64,000 nt of DNA from an uncultured Actinomycetes bacterium (GTDB lineage: Bacteria; Actinomycetota; Thermoleophilia; Gaiellales; JAICJC01): positions 185,053-249,052 of the forward strand of contig CAWEYE010000010.1 in assembly GCA_963813245.1 (NCBI GenBank), in the 5' to 3' direction. Positions 31,834 to 42,290 of the stretch are shown here, one piece after another. Each line of letters begins with the position of its first letter. The stretch's first letter is position 1. Both the position numbers and the translations under genes were made by a program. The notes under the pieces were generated by a model. It did not search any database. It had not been told where the DNA came from and was given only the letters and a program-made list of their open reading frames with translations.

Positions 31834-32754
31834 TCACCGCCGCCGGGCCAGCGCGCCGTGCCAGTAGGCCGCCGACTCCACGAGCTCGGCCACCACCTGG
31901 TCGTCGTCCTGCTCGAAGCTCGGGATCACCTCGAGCACCAGGGCGACCGCGCGCGCGCCCGACGCGTCAAGCGCGTCCAGAACGCGATCGGCGGCGATCC
32001 GGCCCCTGCGCGTTGTCGCTCGGCGGTGAACGGCCAGTGGTGGTCGGCGTCGGCGTCGCTCTGCTGCAGGTGCACGACCGGGGCGTGGGCGCCCAGACGC
32101 CGCAGCCACGCGTACGGGTCGCGGTCGTCCCCGCCCGTCCCCACGACGCACTGGTGGCCGATGTCGAGGCACAGCGCGACCGCGGCATGCGTCGCGTCGG
32201 CCGGCGCGAGCAGCGACTCGCACCTCGGCCATCGTCGACGGCTCGCGGCGCGCGGCCATGTTCTCGAACAGGAACGCTTCGAGGCCGCTGCCTCGCGGCA
32301 TGGCCGGCCAGCTCGCGCAGATCGGACCTGCAGGCCGGCCCAGAGCTCGCGGCGGCGATCCGCGTCGTGCCAGTCGGCGACGCTGAAGGCCCCCGACGTG
32401 GCCTCCGGCAGCCCGGCCGCCGACGAGCGCGGTGAAGTCGACCGCGCGCCGCAGCCACAGACGAGCCCGCCGCCGGCTCTCGGCGTCGGGGTCGAGCAGC
32501 AGGTTGCGGCCAGTAGGCGCCGAGCCCGGTGAACGTCGAGTGGACCGCCACCCCGTATCGGCCGCAGGCGGCGGTCACGGCCGCTGCCTGGTCCGGCAGC
32601 GATGCGTCGGCGTCGAGGTCGACCAGATCGAGGCAGTGCTGCACCATGTCGAGCCCGAGCGTGCCGGCGACGAGCTCCGCCCACCGTCCGGCTCGGGCCA
32701 GCGCTTGACGGCGAAGCAGGTGTTGATGCCGAGGCTGTACGTCGGGACGCTCAC
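31834..32754 (-). CDS. Sugar phosphate isomerase/epimerase TIM barrel (EryC-like), multiple frameshifts
   Basis: LGINTCFAVKRWPEP, HSTFTG, FENM, LCLDIGH, HLQQSD, HWPF, LEVIP. Confidence 0.75.
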
Positions 32755-34271
32755 GATTCGCTCCAATCCTGCCGCACAGCGGCTGCCGCGCGCGTGTGCT
32801 CGTACCACTGCAGGCGCGCCGCCAGCCGCTCGGAGCCGGCAGACGGCTCGTACCGGTGCGCGGCGGCGAGCATCGCGGCGACGCCAGCCGCAGCCTCGTC
32901 GGCGAGCCCCGCAGGCCGGCCGCCAGGAGCGCCGTGCCCGTCGCCGCGGCGTCCGCGCGCAGCGCCAGCACGGGCCGGCCGAGCAGGTCGGCCTTGATCT
33001 GGGAGAGCACCGGCAGGCGACCGCCGCCCCCGGCCACACGCAGCTCGTCGAGGGGCGAGCCCGCCGCTTCGAGCTCCCGGAGCGCCCCGCGACGCCGAAG
33101 GCGATCCCCTCGAGCACCGCGTAGGCGAGCGCCGGCCGGTCGTGGCGGTCGGAGAGGCCGACGAACGCACGCCCGCAGCGCCGGGTCGTCGCGCTCGCCG
33201 TCGCCGAGGTAGGGCAGGAACAGCGGGGCGACGTCACGGGCGTCGGCCCGCGTGCGGCGCAGCCGCCGCCGCAGGCGCTCGGCATCGGCCGCCAGCGCCG
33301 CGTGCCCCGCATACCCGAGCCGCCGCACCGCCCAGTCGATCGCAGCCCCGCTCGTGTTGACGCCGAGCTCGGTGCGTGAAGCGGTCGGGGACGACGTGAC
33401 TGTAGTGGGTCACCCGCACGTCGGCGAGCGGCTCGATCACCGCGGAGTTCAGGCACGACGAGGCACCGGCCATCTCGCTGATCGGCCCCGGGTCGACGAC
33501 GCCGCTGCCGAACGCGGCGCACTGGCTGTCAGCCGCGCCGATCACGACGGGGATGCCGGCGGGCAGGCCGGTCTCGGCCGCCGCGGCCGCGGGCGAGCTC
33601 CGCCGCCGTCGCCCAGGACGCCAGCACCTCCGGGAACAGGCCCGGGTCGACGTCGAACCGGGTCGAAGCATGTCGTCGGCCCAGCGCCGCTCGCGCAGGT
33701 CGAAGAACACGGTCGAGTTGGCGTGCGGTCTCGTCGGTCGCGTACGCGCCCGGTCAGGCGCCGCAGGACGACGTCGCGCGGCTGCAGGAAGCTGCCGCGC
33801 CGCCGCGAACACCTGCGGCTGATGCCTGCGCAGCCACAGGAGCTTCGGGCCGACGTGGAACGCCTGGGCGACGTGGCCGGTGCGCGCGTGCATCGCCTCC
33901 ACGCCGATCGCTCGCGCATCTCGGCCGCCTCGGCGATCGCCCGGTTGTCGCGGTAGAGCATGCCCGGGCCGACCGGCTCGGCCGTCGGCGTCGACCGGCG
34001 CCACCGTCGGGCACTGGCCGGTCAGGCCGATCGCCGGCCGACCGCGCTCCGCGCTGGGGCAGCGCGACGGCCAGGCCGGCGCAGCGCCGAGACGCGCGTG
34101 CTCGCGCCAGTCGCCGCGTCCTGCTCGGCCCAGCCGGGCTGCGGCGTCGTGCGTCGCGATAGGGCCGCCGCACCTCGTGCGACGACGGCCCCGGCCAGGT
34201 CGACCGCCACGGCCCGCGCGCCGGTCGTGCCGACATCGACGGCGACGAGCAGCGGGCCGGCGGCGCATCAT
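32751..34271 (-). CDS. FGGY-family carbohydrate kinase, multiple frameshifts
   Basis: [47 protein letters not shown] in successive frames. Confidence 0.8.
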
Positions 34272-35241
34272 CCGCGCACGAGCTGGTGCGCCTTGCAGCT
34301 TGTCGCCCGCAAGCACGATCAGCGCCCCGTTGAGCGCAGCCGGTGCCGTAGTCGCTGCCGGGGTTGACCGCGAGCGTCTTGCCGATGCGGCGAAAGCCGG
34401 CCGACTCGTGCACGTGGCCGTGCAGGCTCGACCATCGGCTGGTGGCGCTCGATCGCCGCGCGGACGGCGGTGCTGCCGACGGGTCCCGAGCTTGACCTGT
34501 CCCGCCGGCTGTCTGCACGGCGAGATCCGGCATCGAGCACGGGCGCCTCGTCGAGGCCGCTGTCGTACGGCGGCGACGTGGGAGTTGAGCACGAGCGCTG
34601 GCGCGGCTCGGGCACTGCAGCGAACAGCTCATCGATGCGCGCGCCCGAGCTCGTCCTCGGGCATCTCGCGGTAGCTGTCCCAGGGCGTCGGGTTCGAGCA
34701 GCCCCAGCGAGACGCAGCTCGTGGTCGTCGCCGAGGTCGAGCACGCGGCCCTCGGCGTGCTCGCCCCAGGGCGCCGCGTCGAGCAGCGCCGCCGAGCTCG
34801 GGCGGGTCGTCGTTGCCGAGCATCCAGAACGACGGGCATGCCCTGCGGGCGCAGGCGCTCGTCGGCGAGCTCCATCCAGCGCTCGCAGCCGCTCGCGCAT
34901 CAGGTCGAGGAGCAGCGTCCTCGATCGTGCCGTCGGCGACGCGCGGCGCTCGAGGTCACCGGGCGTCGAGCGCCACGGGTAGTAGCCGAGGTCGGAGATC
35001 AGCCGCTCGACTCCGGCGCAGCTCGTCGCCGTCCTCGATGTCGTGGCGGTGACCGCGGAACGTCGTCGTGAAACGGCCGCCGCCGAGGTCCTCGATCGCC
35101 TGGATCGCCTTGCCGGCGATGTCGCCGCCGAGGATCAGCACGTCCGGCCCGTAGACGCGCGCCGCCGTTGAGGAACTTGCGGAAGCACTTCTCCGAGCCG
35201 TGGACGTCGGTGGCGAAGAACAGGCGGATGCGGCGGGCCAT
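34268..35241 (-). CDS. Calcineurin-like metallophosphoesterase, multiple frameshifts
   Basis: ATDVHGS, GGDIAGK, GNDD, SNPTPW, HGHVHES, VNPGS. Confidence 0.78.
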
Positions 35242-35245
35242 CGCG

Positions 35246-36082
35246 CTACCCGGCCCACGAGCGCTGCCGCGCGACCGCGCGACCCGCTCGCATCATCGCG
35301 GCGACGCGGCCGGGTCGACCGGGTTCCAGGTGTAGCCGTCGACCTTCAGGCTGGTGCCGACGATCGGCGCCGTCGGCGAGCCGCCAGGACGTCGCTCGAC
35401 CGTCTCGTGGTTGACGCCGGTGTTGGCGAGCACGGGCACGTCGCGGCGCGGCCGTCCTTCGCCTCGCGAGATCTCGTCCATGCTCGCGCCGACCCCGGCC
35501 GCCGGCCCGGAGATGAGGAGCGCGTCGACGCCCATGTAGGCGGCGCTCGCCGCGCGCTCGGCGACGGTGCGGCCGCCGACCGAGCGGCTGAACTCCGGCG
35601 TGATGTTGGCGAAGATCGCGACGTCGTCGGCGCCGATCGCGTGCCGGTAGCCGGCCGACCTCGCCGTAGTCCGGGCGCGAGCAGTCCCATGTCGCTGTCG
35701 AAGACGCCGGTGAAGACCTCGCGGACGAACGACGGCGCCGGTCGCGACGGCGACGGCCACGCTCGCCGCCGCGTCCCACAGCAGGTTGACGCCGTACGGC
35801 ACGCGGATCTCGCGTCGCAGGCGGCCGATCGACGGCCGCCATCGCCGCCGCGACCTCGACGCCGACCGCCGGTCGAGTACGGGATGTCGTTCTCGTTGCA
35901 GAACAGGACCGCGTCGACGCCGCCGTCCTGGAGCGCCGCGACGTCACGCGCGAGCCGCCGATCGCACGATCGCGTCCATACCGCCGGCGGCGTCGTAGCG
36001 CGGCCGGCCCGGCAGGCCGTCCAGATGGCACATCGCGATCAGCGGCTTCTCGACGCCGAAGATCTGCGTCAGGTGCCTGCAT
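35246..36082 (-). CDS. BtpA/SgcQ family TIM-barrel protein, multiple frameshifts
   Basis: KPLIAMCH, FCNEND, PYGVNLLWD, NITPEF, VLANTGV, IVGTSLKVDG. Confidence 0.8.
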   Translation of the reverse strand: MQAPDADLRRREAADRDVPSGRPAGPAALRRRRRYGRDRAIGGSRVTSRRSRTAASTRSCSATRTTSRTRPAVGVEVAAAMAAVDRPPATRDPRAVRRQPAVGRGGERGRRRRDRRRRSSARSSPASSTATWDCSRPDYGEVGRLPARDRRRRRRDLRQHHAGVQPLGRRPHRRRARGERRLHGRRRAPHLRAGGRGRREHGRDLARRRTAAPRRARARQHRRQPRDGRATSWRLADGADRRHQPEGRRLHLEPGRPGRVAAMMRAGRAVARQRSWAG

Positions 36083-36085
36083 CGC

Positions 36086-36918
36086 TCACTTCTCCTTGCT
36101 CGACTGGCATCGGGTCGCGGCCGTCCGCCGGTCGGAGCGCGACGCGACGACCACGTTCACGCCCCGAGCGCCGCAGCGCGTCGAGCTCGCGCGTCGGCGG
36201 CGGCTCGTCGGTGATCAGCGTGGTCGATCGCGCTCGCCGGGGCGACCGCGGCCATCGTCCGTCACGCCGAGCTTGGACCCGTCGGCGACACGACCAGAGC
36301 GCGTCGCTGCGCTCGATCATCAGGCGCTGGATCTCGGCGGCCTCGTCGTCGAGCTCGGTGATGCCGTGGCCGGGCGCGTGAGCCCGGCCGCGCCGAGCAC
36401 GGCGACGTCCGCGTGATAGCGGCGCACGGTCGCGGCGGCCACCGGGCCGACGCAGGCGAGCTCGTCGGTCAGCACCGCGCCGCCGAGCACGACGACACGG
36501 CCCGCGGCGGGTCCCGAGCAGGCTCGCGACCGGCAGCGAGCCGGTGATGACCGTCAGCTCGTCGCGCGGCGGCAGGAACATCGCGAACTGCTCGGTCGTC
36601 GTGCCGATCCCGACGAAGATCGAGCGCGTCCGGCGCCAGCGACTCGGCGGCGCGCATCCCGATCAGGCGCTTGGCCGGCGCGTTCTGCGAGCGCGCGGGC
36701 GTTGAACAGCAGCTCCATCGAGCGGGTGATGTGGGCGGTCGCGCCGCCGTAGGTGCGGCGCAGGAACCCGTCGCGCTCGAGCCGCGTGATGTCGCGCCGG
36801 ATCGTCATCTCGGACACGCCGAGCTCGGCCGCCAGCTCGCGCGATGTGGATCGTCTGCTCGCTCGGCGACCCGCTCGAGGATGCGGTGCCGTCGATCGAC
36901 GGCGAGCATGACGGTCAT
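36086..36918 (-). CDS. DeoR/GlpR-family regulator, multiple frameshifts (ends approximate)
   Basis: ELAAELGVSEMTIRRD HTH, RTYGGA, GIGTT, TVITGS, DGSKL, LITD. Confidence 0.82.
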
Positions 36919-36984
36919 CGTGTCGTCCGACTCGTGGCACGCGACAGACTACGACACGTTGATCGTAGCGCTCGCGCGATGTCG

Positions 36985-37019
36985 AGATGTCTGATCTTGG
37001 CGGAAGATGTTCGATCTTG
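36985..37019. promoter_or_regulatory. Putative DeoR/GlpR operator (direct repeat, 20-bp period)
   Basis: agatgtctgatcttg (36985) and agatgttcgatcttg (37005) between divergent genes; resembles the GlpR box WATGTTCGWT. Confidence 0.55.
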
Positions 37020-37084
37020 TTACCTCCGATGAGCGATCGTTAATCACGGTCAGGAGCGAGCCGACGGCAGGCGTGGGTACGCCA

Positions 37085-38755
37085 ATGGGCCGATCGCGAG
37101 CGAGCCGGCAGTCGAGCAGCAGCTGTTCGTCCGCCGCAGCACCGGACTCGTGCGCGAGGCCTCGGCCCTCGACGCCACGATCTTCAACGCCGTGTTCTCG
37201 GCGCCGGTCGGCGCGACGCTCGCCTGGGGCGTGTTCTTCGCGCTCACCGCGTTCCCCGGGATCGGACCTGATCGCGGCGACGCTGTGGTCGCTCGTCCTC
37301 AACATCCCGATCCTGATCATGATGGCCCTGCTCGCGTCGTCGATGCCGCAAGACCGGCGGCGACTACGTCTGGGTCAGCCGGATCCTGTCGCCCCCGGCC
37401 GCGCTCGTGTCGAACTTCGGCGCGGCGTTCTCGGCGATGATCGGCGCGACGTTCTGGGCGCGGTACTTCCCCGTGTTCGCGCTCGGGCCCGTGCTCGTCA
37501 CGCTCGGCGTCGATCTTCAACAGCCACACGCTCATCAGCTGGGGCACGCACGTCCAGACGCGACAAGGGGTGGATCTTCGTCGGCGGCCTGCGTGATGAT
37601 CGTGCGCGATGACGCGCGATCCTGATCGCCGGCACGAAGACGACGTTCCGGTGGCAGAACGCGTTCTGGATCATCGCCACGCTCGGGCACGCTGCTCGCG
37701 TTCGTCGTGCTCCTGTTCGGCTCGCACGGGCAGCTTCCTGCAACCACTTCAACACCGTCGTCGCACACGTTCGGCGCCCACGGCGACGTCTACCACGAGC
37801 GTCGATCACCACGGCGAAGGCCGGCGGCGCCCATCCCAAGGCCTTCGGCGTCCGCGACCGCGCCCAGCCATCTTCGTGATCATGACGTTCATGATGTGGA
37901 ACTGGTGGAGCGTCTACCTCTCCGGTGAGCTCAAGAGCGCGTCGAACCGCAACCGCCAGATGGGCGATCATGTTCGGCGCGCTGATCTGGGACGTCGATC
38001 GGCCTCGATCATCGGCGTCGCTGCTGATCTACAAGGTCGCCGGCTACTCAGTTCATGGTCGGCGCGAACACCGCGCCCAACGCCGGCCTACGTCCTGCCG
38101 ACCGGACCCTTCTACCACTTCTTCGCCGTCGCTGGTCGTCAACAACAACGTGCTGACGACGATCATCGTGGCGTCGTTCCTGTTCTGGAGCCTGCCGGCG
38201 ATGGTCGGCAACACGTTCATGCCGGTCCGCAGCGTGTTCGCGTGGTCGTTTGACCGGCGTGCTGCCCGAGCGGTTCGCCAGACGTCAACGAGCGCTTCCA
38301 CTCCCCGGTGCCGGCGATCCTGCTCGTGATGGCGCATCGTGACCGCTGATGCTCGCCTGGAGCGTCGACCGCGACGACGTTCCAGACCTGCTCGCGCTCG
38401 GCGTGCTCGCCGGCGTCGTGTGCGTGGCGATCGTCTGCGTCGCCGCGTTCGCGTTCCCGACCGGCGGCCGCGACCTCTACGACGGCTCGCCGGCGAACGT
38501 CAGCGTTCGGCGGCATCCCGCTGCTGCAAGATCGTCGCGCCGCTCTCGTTCGTGGCGATGGCGTTTCTCGTGTACGACACCCTCAAGTATCCGGCTCTCG
38601 CGCTCTCCGGCGACGCGAGCCACAAGTGGTACGTGCCCGCCTTCATGCTGGGGACGGCGGCGTTCGGGCTGATCATCTACTACGGCGCGCGCTTCTGGCG
38701 CAAGGGCGGCGGCGTCGATGTCGACCTGGTCTACCGGGAGCTCCCGCCTGACTGA
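37085..38755 (+). CDS. APC-family (amino acid/amine) permease, multiple frameshifts (start approximate)
   Basis: GLVRE, GGDYVWVSR, YLSGELK, RSVFAWSFDR, C-terminal YRELPPD. Confidence 0.78.
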
Positions 38756-38783
38756 TCTGAGCTCCCGTTTCCACCCGAGAACG

Positions 38784-38821
38784 ACGAAGAGCGAGCCGCC
38801 CGGGGGCGGCTCGCTCTTCGT
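38784..38821. terminator. Bidirectional hairpin between convergent genes
   Basis: Perfect 17-bp stem acgaagagcgagccgcc / ggcggctcgctcttcgt with a 4-nt loop. Confidence 0.75.
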
Positions 38822-38842
38822 GCTGGATGGGGCAGTTGGGGC

Positions 38843-39517
38843 TTAGGAAGCGGCGACCGGAGTCGACGTCGGGGCCTTCGGCGAGCGCCTGCCGAAGACA
38901 CCGTTCAGCGCGTTCTCGGGATTCCGCAGTGCTCCGCCGATCGCGAGGATCGAGAAGCCGAACCCGGAGAGCACGAGCGCCACGCCGACCACGATGCCGA
39001 ACAGGGCCAGCTGGCTCGCCATGAACGACGCGTTGAGAGCGGTCGTCAGAGCGGTCTCGGTGACCCACACGTTGCGGGCGCCGTTGGAGACGGGCTGCTT
39101 CGTGGTGGGATCGACCGCAGCGGCGGTCGGGACATCGGTGCCGCCACCCGGCATGAGCTGCGCCTTGGGCGTACCCGGCTTGGCGACCCAGATGCCCATC
39201 TGCGAGTACAGATAGCCGCCGGTGGCCTCGAGGGCGTGCACCTGCATGTACTCGGCGAAGCAGCGAGCCCGCGAGCCGGAGTTGATGTCCTTGTTGGCGA
39301 CGCTGCAGGACGGGATCTTGACGTTCGTGAGGTGGGCCTCCTTGACGGCGGCCGTGATGCCGGCCGGGGTCATGTCGGCGGTACCGACGATCTTCTGATC
39401 CTTCAGGCTGTTCGTGACGGTCGACTGACCGTTGACGCCCATGACGATCGCAACGACGCCGAAGACAATGAGGACGAGACCCGCAACGAGCCCGCCGATT
39501 TCCAGAACCTTGCGCAT
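38843..39517 (-). CDS. Hypothetical membrane protein (two TM helices flanking an extracellular domain)
   Basis: N- and C-terminal hydrophobic helices, HALEATGG, ETALTTAL; GAAGGAG RBS. Confidence 0.75.
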   Translation of the reverse strand: MRKVLEIGGLVAGLVLIVFGVVAIVMGVNGQSTVTNSLKDQKIVGTADMTPAGITAAVKEAHLTNVKIPSCSVANKDINSGSRARCFAEYMQVHALEATGGYLYSQMGIWVAKPGTPKAQLMPGGGTDVPTAAAVDPTTKQPVSNGARNVWVTETALTTALNASFMASQLALFGIVVGVALVLSGFGFSILAIGGALRNPENALNGVFGRRSPKAPTSTPVAAS

Positions 39518-39700
39518 GTGAAAACTCCTTCTCGCTGTTGTGGTCGTGCGCTTTACAAGGACTGCCGATCCGTAGCGCTCGCGCGATTTCCGCCTCGCAT
39601 CGACTTGAAGCGCATCATCGGCCCACCCGGTGGGTGTCAGCATCCGGGCGGGGACGGATCTTGCGTACGGATAATCCGCACAGGGGTACGCGATCCTCCG

Positions 39701-40582
39701 TCAGACGAGGTGCAGATCGCGCCGCGTGCGGCGGCCGCTCGAGGCGCCTGGAAGCGGCTCCTGGAGCGGGTTTGCGAGCGGCACCTGCACGTCCAGAGAC
39801 TCCATGCCGCGCAGGACGCGAAGATCGAGGCGGCCCGCGGGCGCCGCATCGGCGATCGCGGCATAAAGGCCGGCGACCGAGGTCAGAGGGCGGGCTCCGG
39901 CCCGCTCGAGGACGTCGCCGGGGTGCAGGACGTCACGGGCGGGGCTCGCCTCCTCGACGTCGCGGACGAGCAGGCCCGCGCACGCCGGCAGGCCGACGGC
40001 CCGGCGCATCGCGATCGTGACGTGCGCCGGCGAGAGCGTGAGGCCGAGGCGAACGCCCGAGCCGGCCGGCGGGAGCGATCCCTCGTACTCGACCAGCAGC
40101 TTGCGGAGCAGGGTGGCGAGCACGGCCCGCTCGTCGTCGTCGAGCGCGACCAGCAGGCGGCGCTCGTTCTCGAGGTGCGCGGGGACGACGCGCTCGAATA
40201 CCAGGCGCCCCTGCTCGGTCAGGACGATCAGGCTGTTGCGGCCGTCGCCCGGGTCGGGGCGCCGCTCGACCAGGCCGTCCTCGGCGAGGCGGTCGATGCG
40301 CACGCTGATCGTCCCCGAGGTCAGCCCGAGCTCGTCCATCAGGGTGCGCTGCGGCACGCCGGCGGCCCGATCGAGACGGGCCAGGGTGACGAGCACCGCG
40401 AAGCCGGGGGCCGACAGGCCGTGTCCCTCGAAGACCGCCTCGAGCGCGCCCTCGATGTACGTCCGGGCACGCGCGAGCCGTGCGACGATGCCCACCGGCG
40501 CGAAGTCGAGCTCGGGGCGAACGCGGTTCCAGTCGGCGATGAGGCGATCCACGGAGTCGGCCGGGATGCGGCTGTGGTCCAT
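39701..40582 (-). CDS. MarR-family regulator fused to a C-terminal PDZ-like domain
   Basis: TamR-like N-terminus (DSVD..W..RPELD; LTSGTIS..IDRL; DPGDGR); C-terminus RLGLTL..GLLVRDVEEASPA..LHPGDVL..LRVLRG. Confidence 0.8.
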   Translation of the reverse strand: MDHSRIPADSVDRLIADWNRVRPELDFAPVGIVARLARARTYIEGALEAVFEGHGLSAPGFAVLVTLARLDRAAGVPQRTLMDELGLTSGTISVRIDRLAEDGLVERRPDPGDGRNSLIVLTEQGRLVFERVVPAHLENERRLLVALDDDERAVLATLLRKLLVEYEGSLPPAGSGVRLGLTLSPAHVTIAMRRAVGLPACAGLLVRDVEEASPARDVLHPGDVLERAGARPLTSVAGLYAAIADAAPAGRLDLRVLRGMESLDVQVPLANPLQEPLPGASSGRRTRRDLHLV

Positions 40583-40585
40583 GCC

Positions 40586-41200
40586 TCAGCCCTCGTCCCG
40601 GAGCAGCCGGAAGGCGAGCCGCCGGCCCATCCCCTGGCTGAACGCCAGCTGGAACCAGAGCCGGGCGACGCCGTCGAGCGTCCCGGCGGCGCCCAGGTCG
40701 CCGATGCGGACGGGATCGAGGCCGACCGCGCGGATGATCGCCTCCACCGTCTCTCCGGCGGGCCCGTCGGGGCCGCACCAGAAGAGCGTCGCCGTGGTGC
40801 CGCCGAAGTCCGGATTGTCGAAGTTCTCCCAGCCGACCGAGCAGAAGGCCCGGGCGACGGTCGCACCGGCCGCGTCCGCCGCCCAGGCGTCGAGATGGTT
40901 CAGGGATCCGCCGGTGCCGCCGGCGACATCGTTCGTCGCGTCGATGACGACCTTGCCTGCGACGCGCCCCCCGTGCTCGCGCGCGAAGGCCGGGATCTGG
41001 GCGCCGGGGATGGCGACGATCACCGCCCCGGCGGCGGCGACGGCCTCCTCGACGGTCGCGATCTGCACGCGCGCGTCGATCTCGTCGCGCTGCGCGCTCA
41101 GCGGGGAGCGCACGCCGACCGTCACCGTCTGCCCGCTTTCGGCGAGCCGCTGGGACAGGGTGCGCCCGATCGCCCCCGCCCCGATCACCGCGATCTGCAT
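40586..41200 (-). CDS. NADPH-dependent F420 reductase / NADP oxidoreductase family
   Basis: IAVIGAGAIG, VGVRS, KVVIDATN, VARAF, CGPD. Confidence 0.85.
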   Translation of the reverse strand: MQIAVIGAGAIGRTLSQRLAESGQTVTVGVRSPLSAQRDEIDARVQIATVEEAVAAAGAVIVAIPGAQIPAFAREHGGRVAGKVVIDATNDVAGGTGGSLNHLDAWAADAAGATVARAFCSVGWENFDNPDFGGTTATLFWCGPDGPAGETVEAIIRAVGLDPVRIGDLGAAGTLDGVARLWFQLAFSQGMGRRLAFRLLRDEG

Positions 41201-41267
41201 GGTGTCTCCTCGAGTCGTGATTCGCTGATCGGGTGAGTCTATCGTCGCCAAACGTTGTACACAAGCC

Positions 41268-41292
41268 TTGAATTCAAACTAGTTGAAGATAA
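41268..41292. promoter_or_regulatory. Putative operator pair for the MarR-PDZ regulator
   Basis: Palindrome ttgaattcaa (41268-41277) and degenerate ttgaagataa (41283-41292) in an AT-rich patch upstream of the reductase-MarR operon. Confidence 0.45.
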
Positions 41293-41377
41293 CGCGTCAT
41301 GTTAGTCAGGGTTAAGGACGTTGTGAAGTTCCGATGGAAGCATGTGGAAACCGGCAGAAATGGCCGATGATCGCCGC

Positions 41378-42136
41378 ATGCCCCGCTCCCAGCGCCTCCT
41401 CCTCACCGCCCTCGCCGCCATCGTGGCCGCGACCGCCCTGCTCGTCTCGCCCGCCGCGGGCGCCACGCCGCCGCCGCCGTCGTCCCGGTTTCCGAAGATG
41501 ATCTTCTACCGCCAGTTCAAGCTGCCGCTCAAGCCGCACACCTGGACGCTGTACCAGGGCCAGCCGGCGTGCTGCAAGGATTCGCTCTGGGCCAAGTCGC
41601 ACGTCGTGTCGAAGGCCGGCGCGCTGCGCATCCAGACCTACCGCGACCCCCGGTTCGGAAACGCATGGGTCTCGGGCGGCGTCTCGATGGCCCGGCTCGT
41701 GAACCAGACGTACGGGCGCTGGGTCGTGCGCTTCCGGATGCCGCGCGGCACCGGAGTGGGCATGGACGTCGCGCTGCGCCCGTCGGGCGGCGGCACGGTC
41801 GTCGACTGGATCGAGGAGTCCTCCGACCACGGCGCGCTGCGCAACATCGAGACCGCGACGCTCCACTACGGCAGCACGCGGGTGCACGCCAACGTGCGCG
41901 CCAACTTCACCAAATGGCACACGATGACGCTCGCGTGGGTGCCCGGCCAGATCACCGTGCGCCTCGACGGCCACCTCTGGGCGAACTACCGCAGCCACAT
42001 CCCCTCCTCGCCGATGCATCTCACGATGCAGACGAACACGGGCACGAACGGCTTCTCGGGGACGCTGCCGAACTCCACCACCCCGCGCAAGCTCGCGCTC
42101 CAGATCGACTACGTCGCGGTCTACAAGTACCGCTGA
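41378..42136 (+). CDS. Secreted GH16-like (ConA-fold) protein
   Basis: Signal peptide; SGG, QTYGRWVVR, VVDWIE, WHT...W, LDG, MHLTMQ, IDYVAVY. Confidence 0.75.
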   Translation: MPRSQRLLLTALAAIVAATALLVSPAAGATPPPPSSRFPKMIFYRQFKLPLKPHTWTLYQGQPACCKDSLWAKSHVVSKAGALRIQTYRDPRFGNAWVSGGVSMARLVNQTYGRWVVRFRMPRGTGVGMDVALRPSGGGTVVDWIEESSDHGALRNIETATLHYGSTRVHANVRANFTKWHTMTLAWVPGQITVRLDGHLWANYRSHIPSSPMHLTMQTNTGTNGFSGTLPNSTTPRKLALQIDYVAVYKYR

Positions 42137-42290
42137 GGCTCCCCGTGCCGGCGGAAACGCTTCGGCGTTCTCGCAGCGTGGAAGTTGACAGTTGCCGTTG
42201 CTGCAGGATGATGGAGTAGCGAGCTCTCGTCCCGGACCGTGTTCGCCGACGCAAGCACGCCAACACGCCGACAGAGGAGAGTGAACTCTC

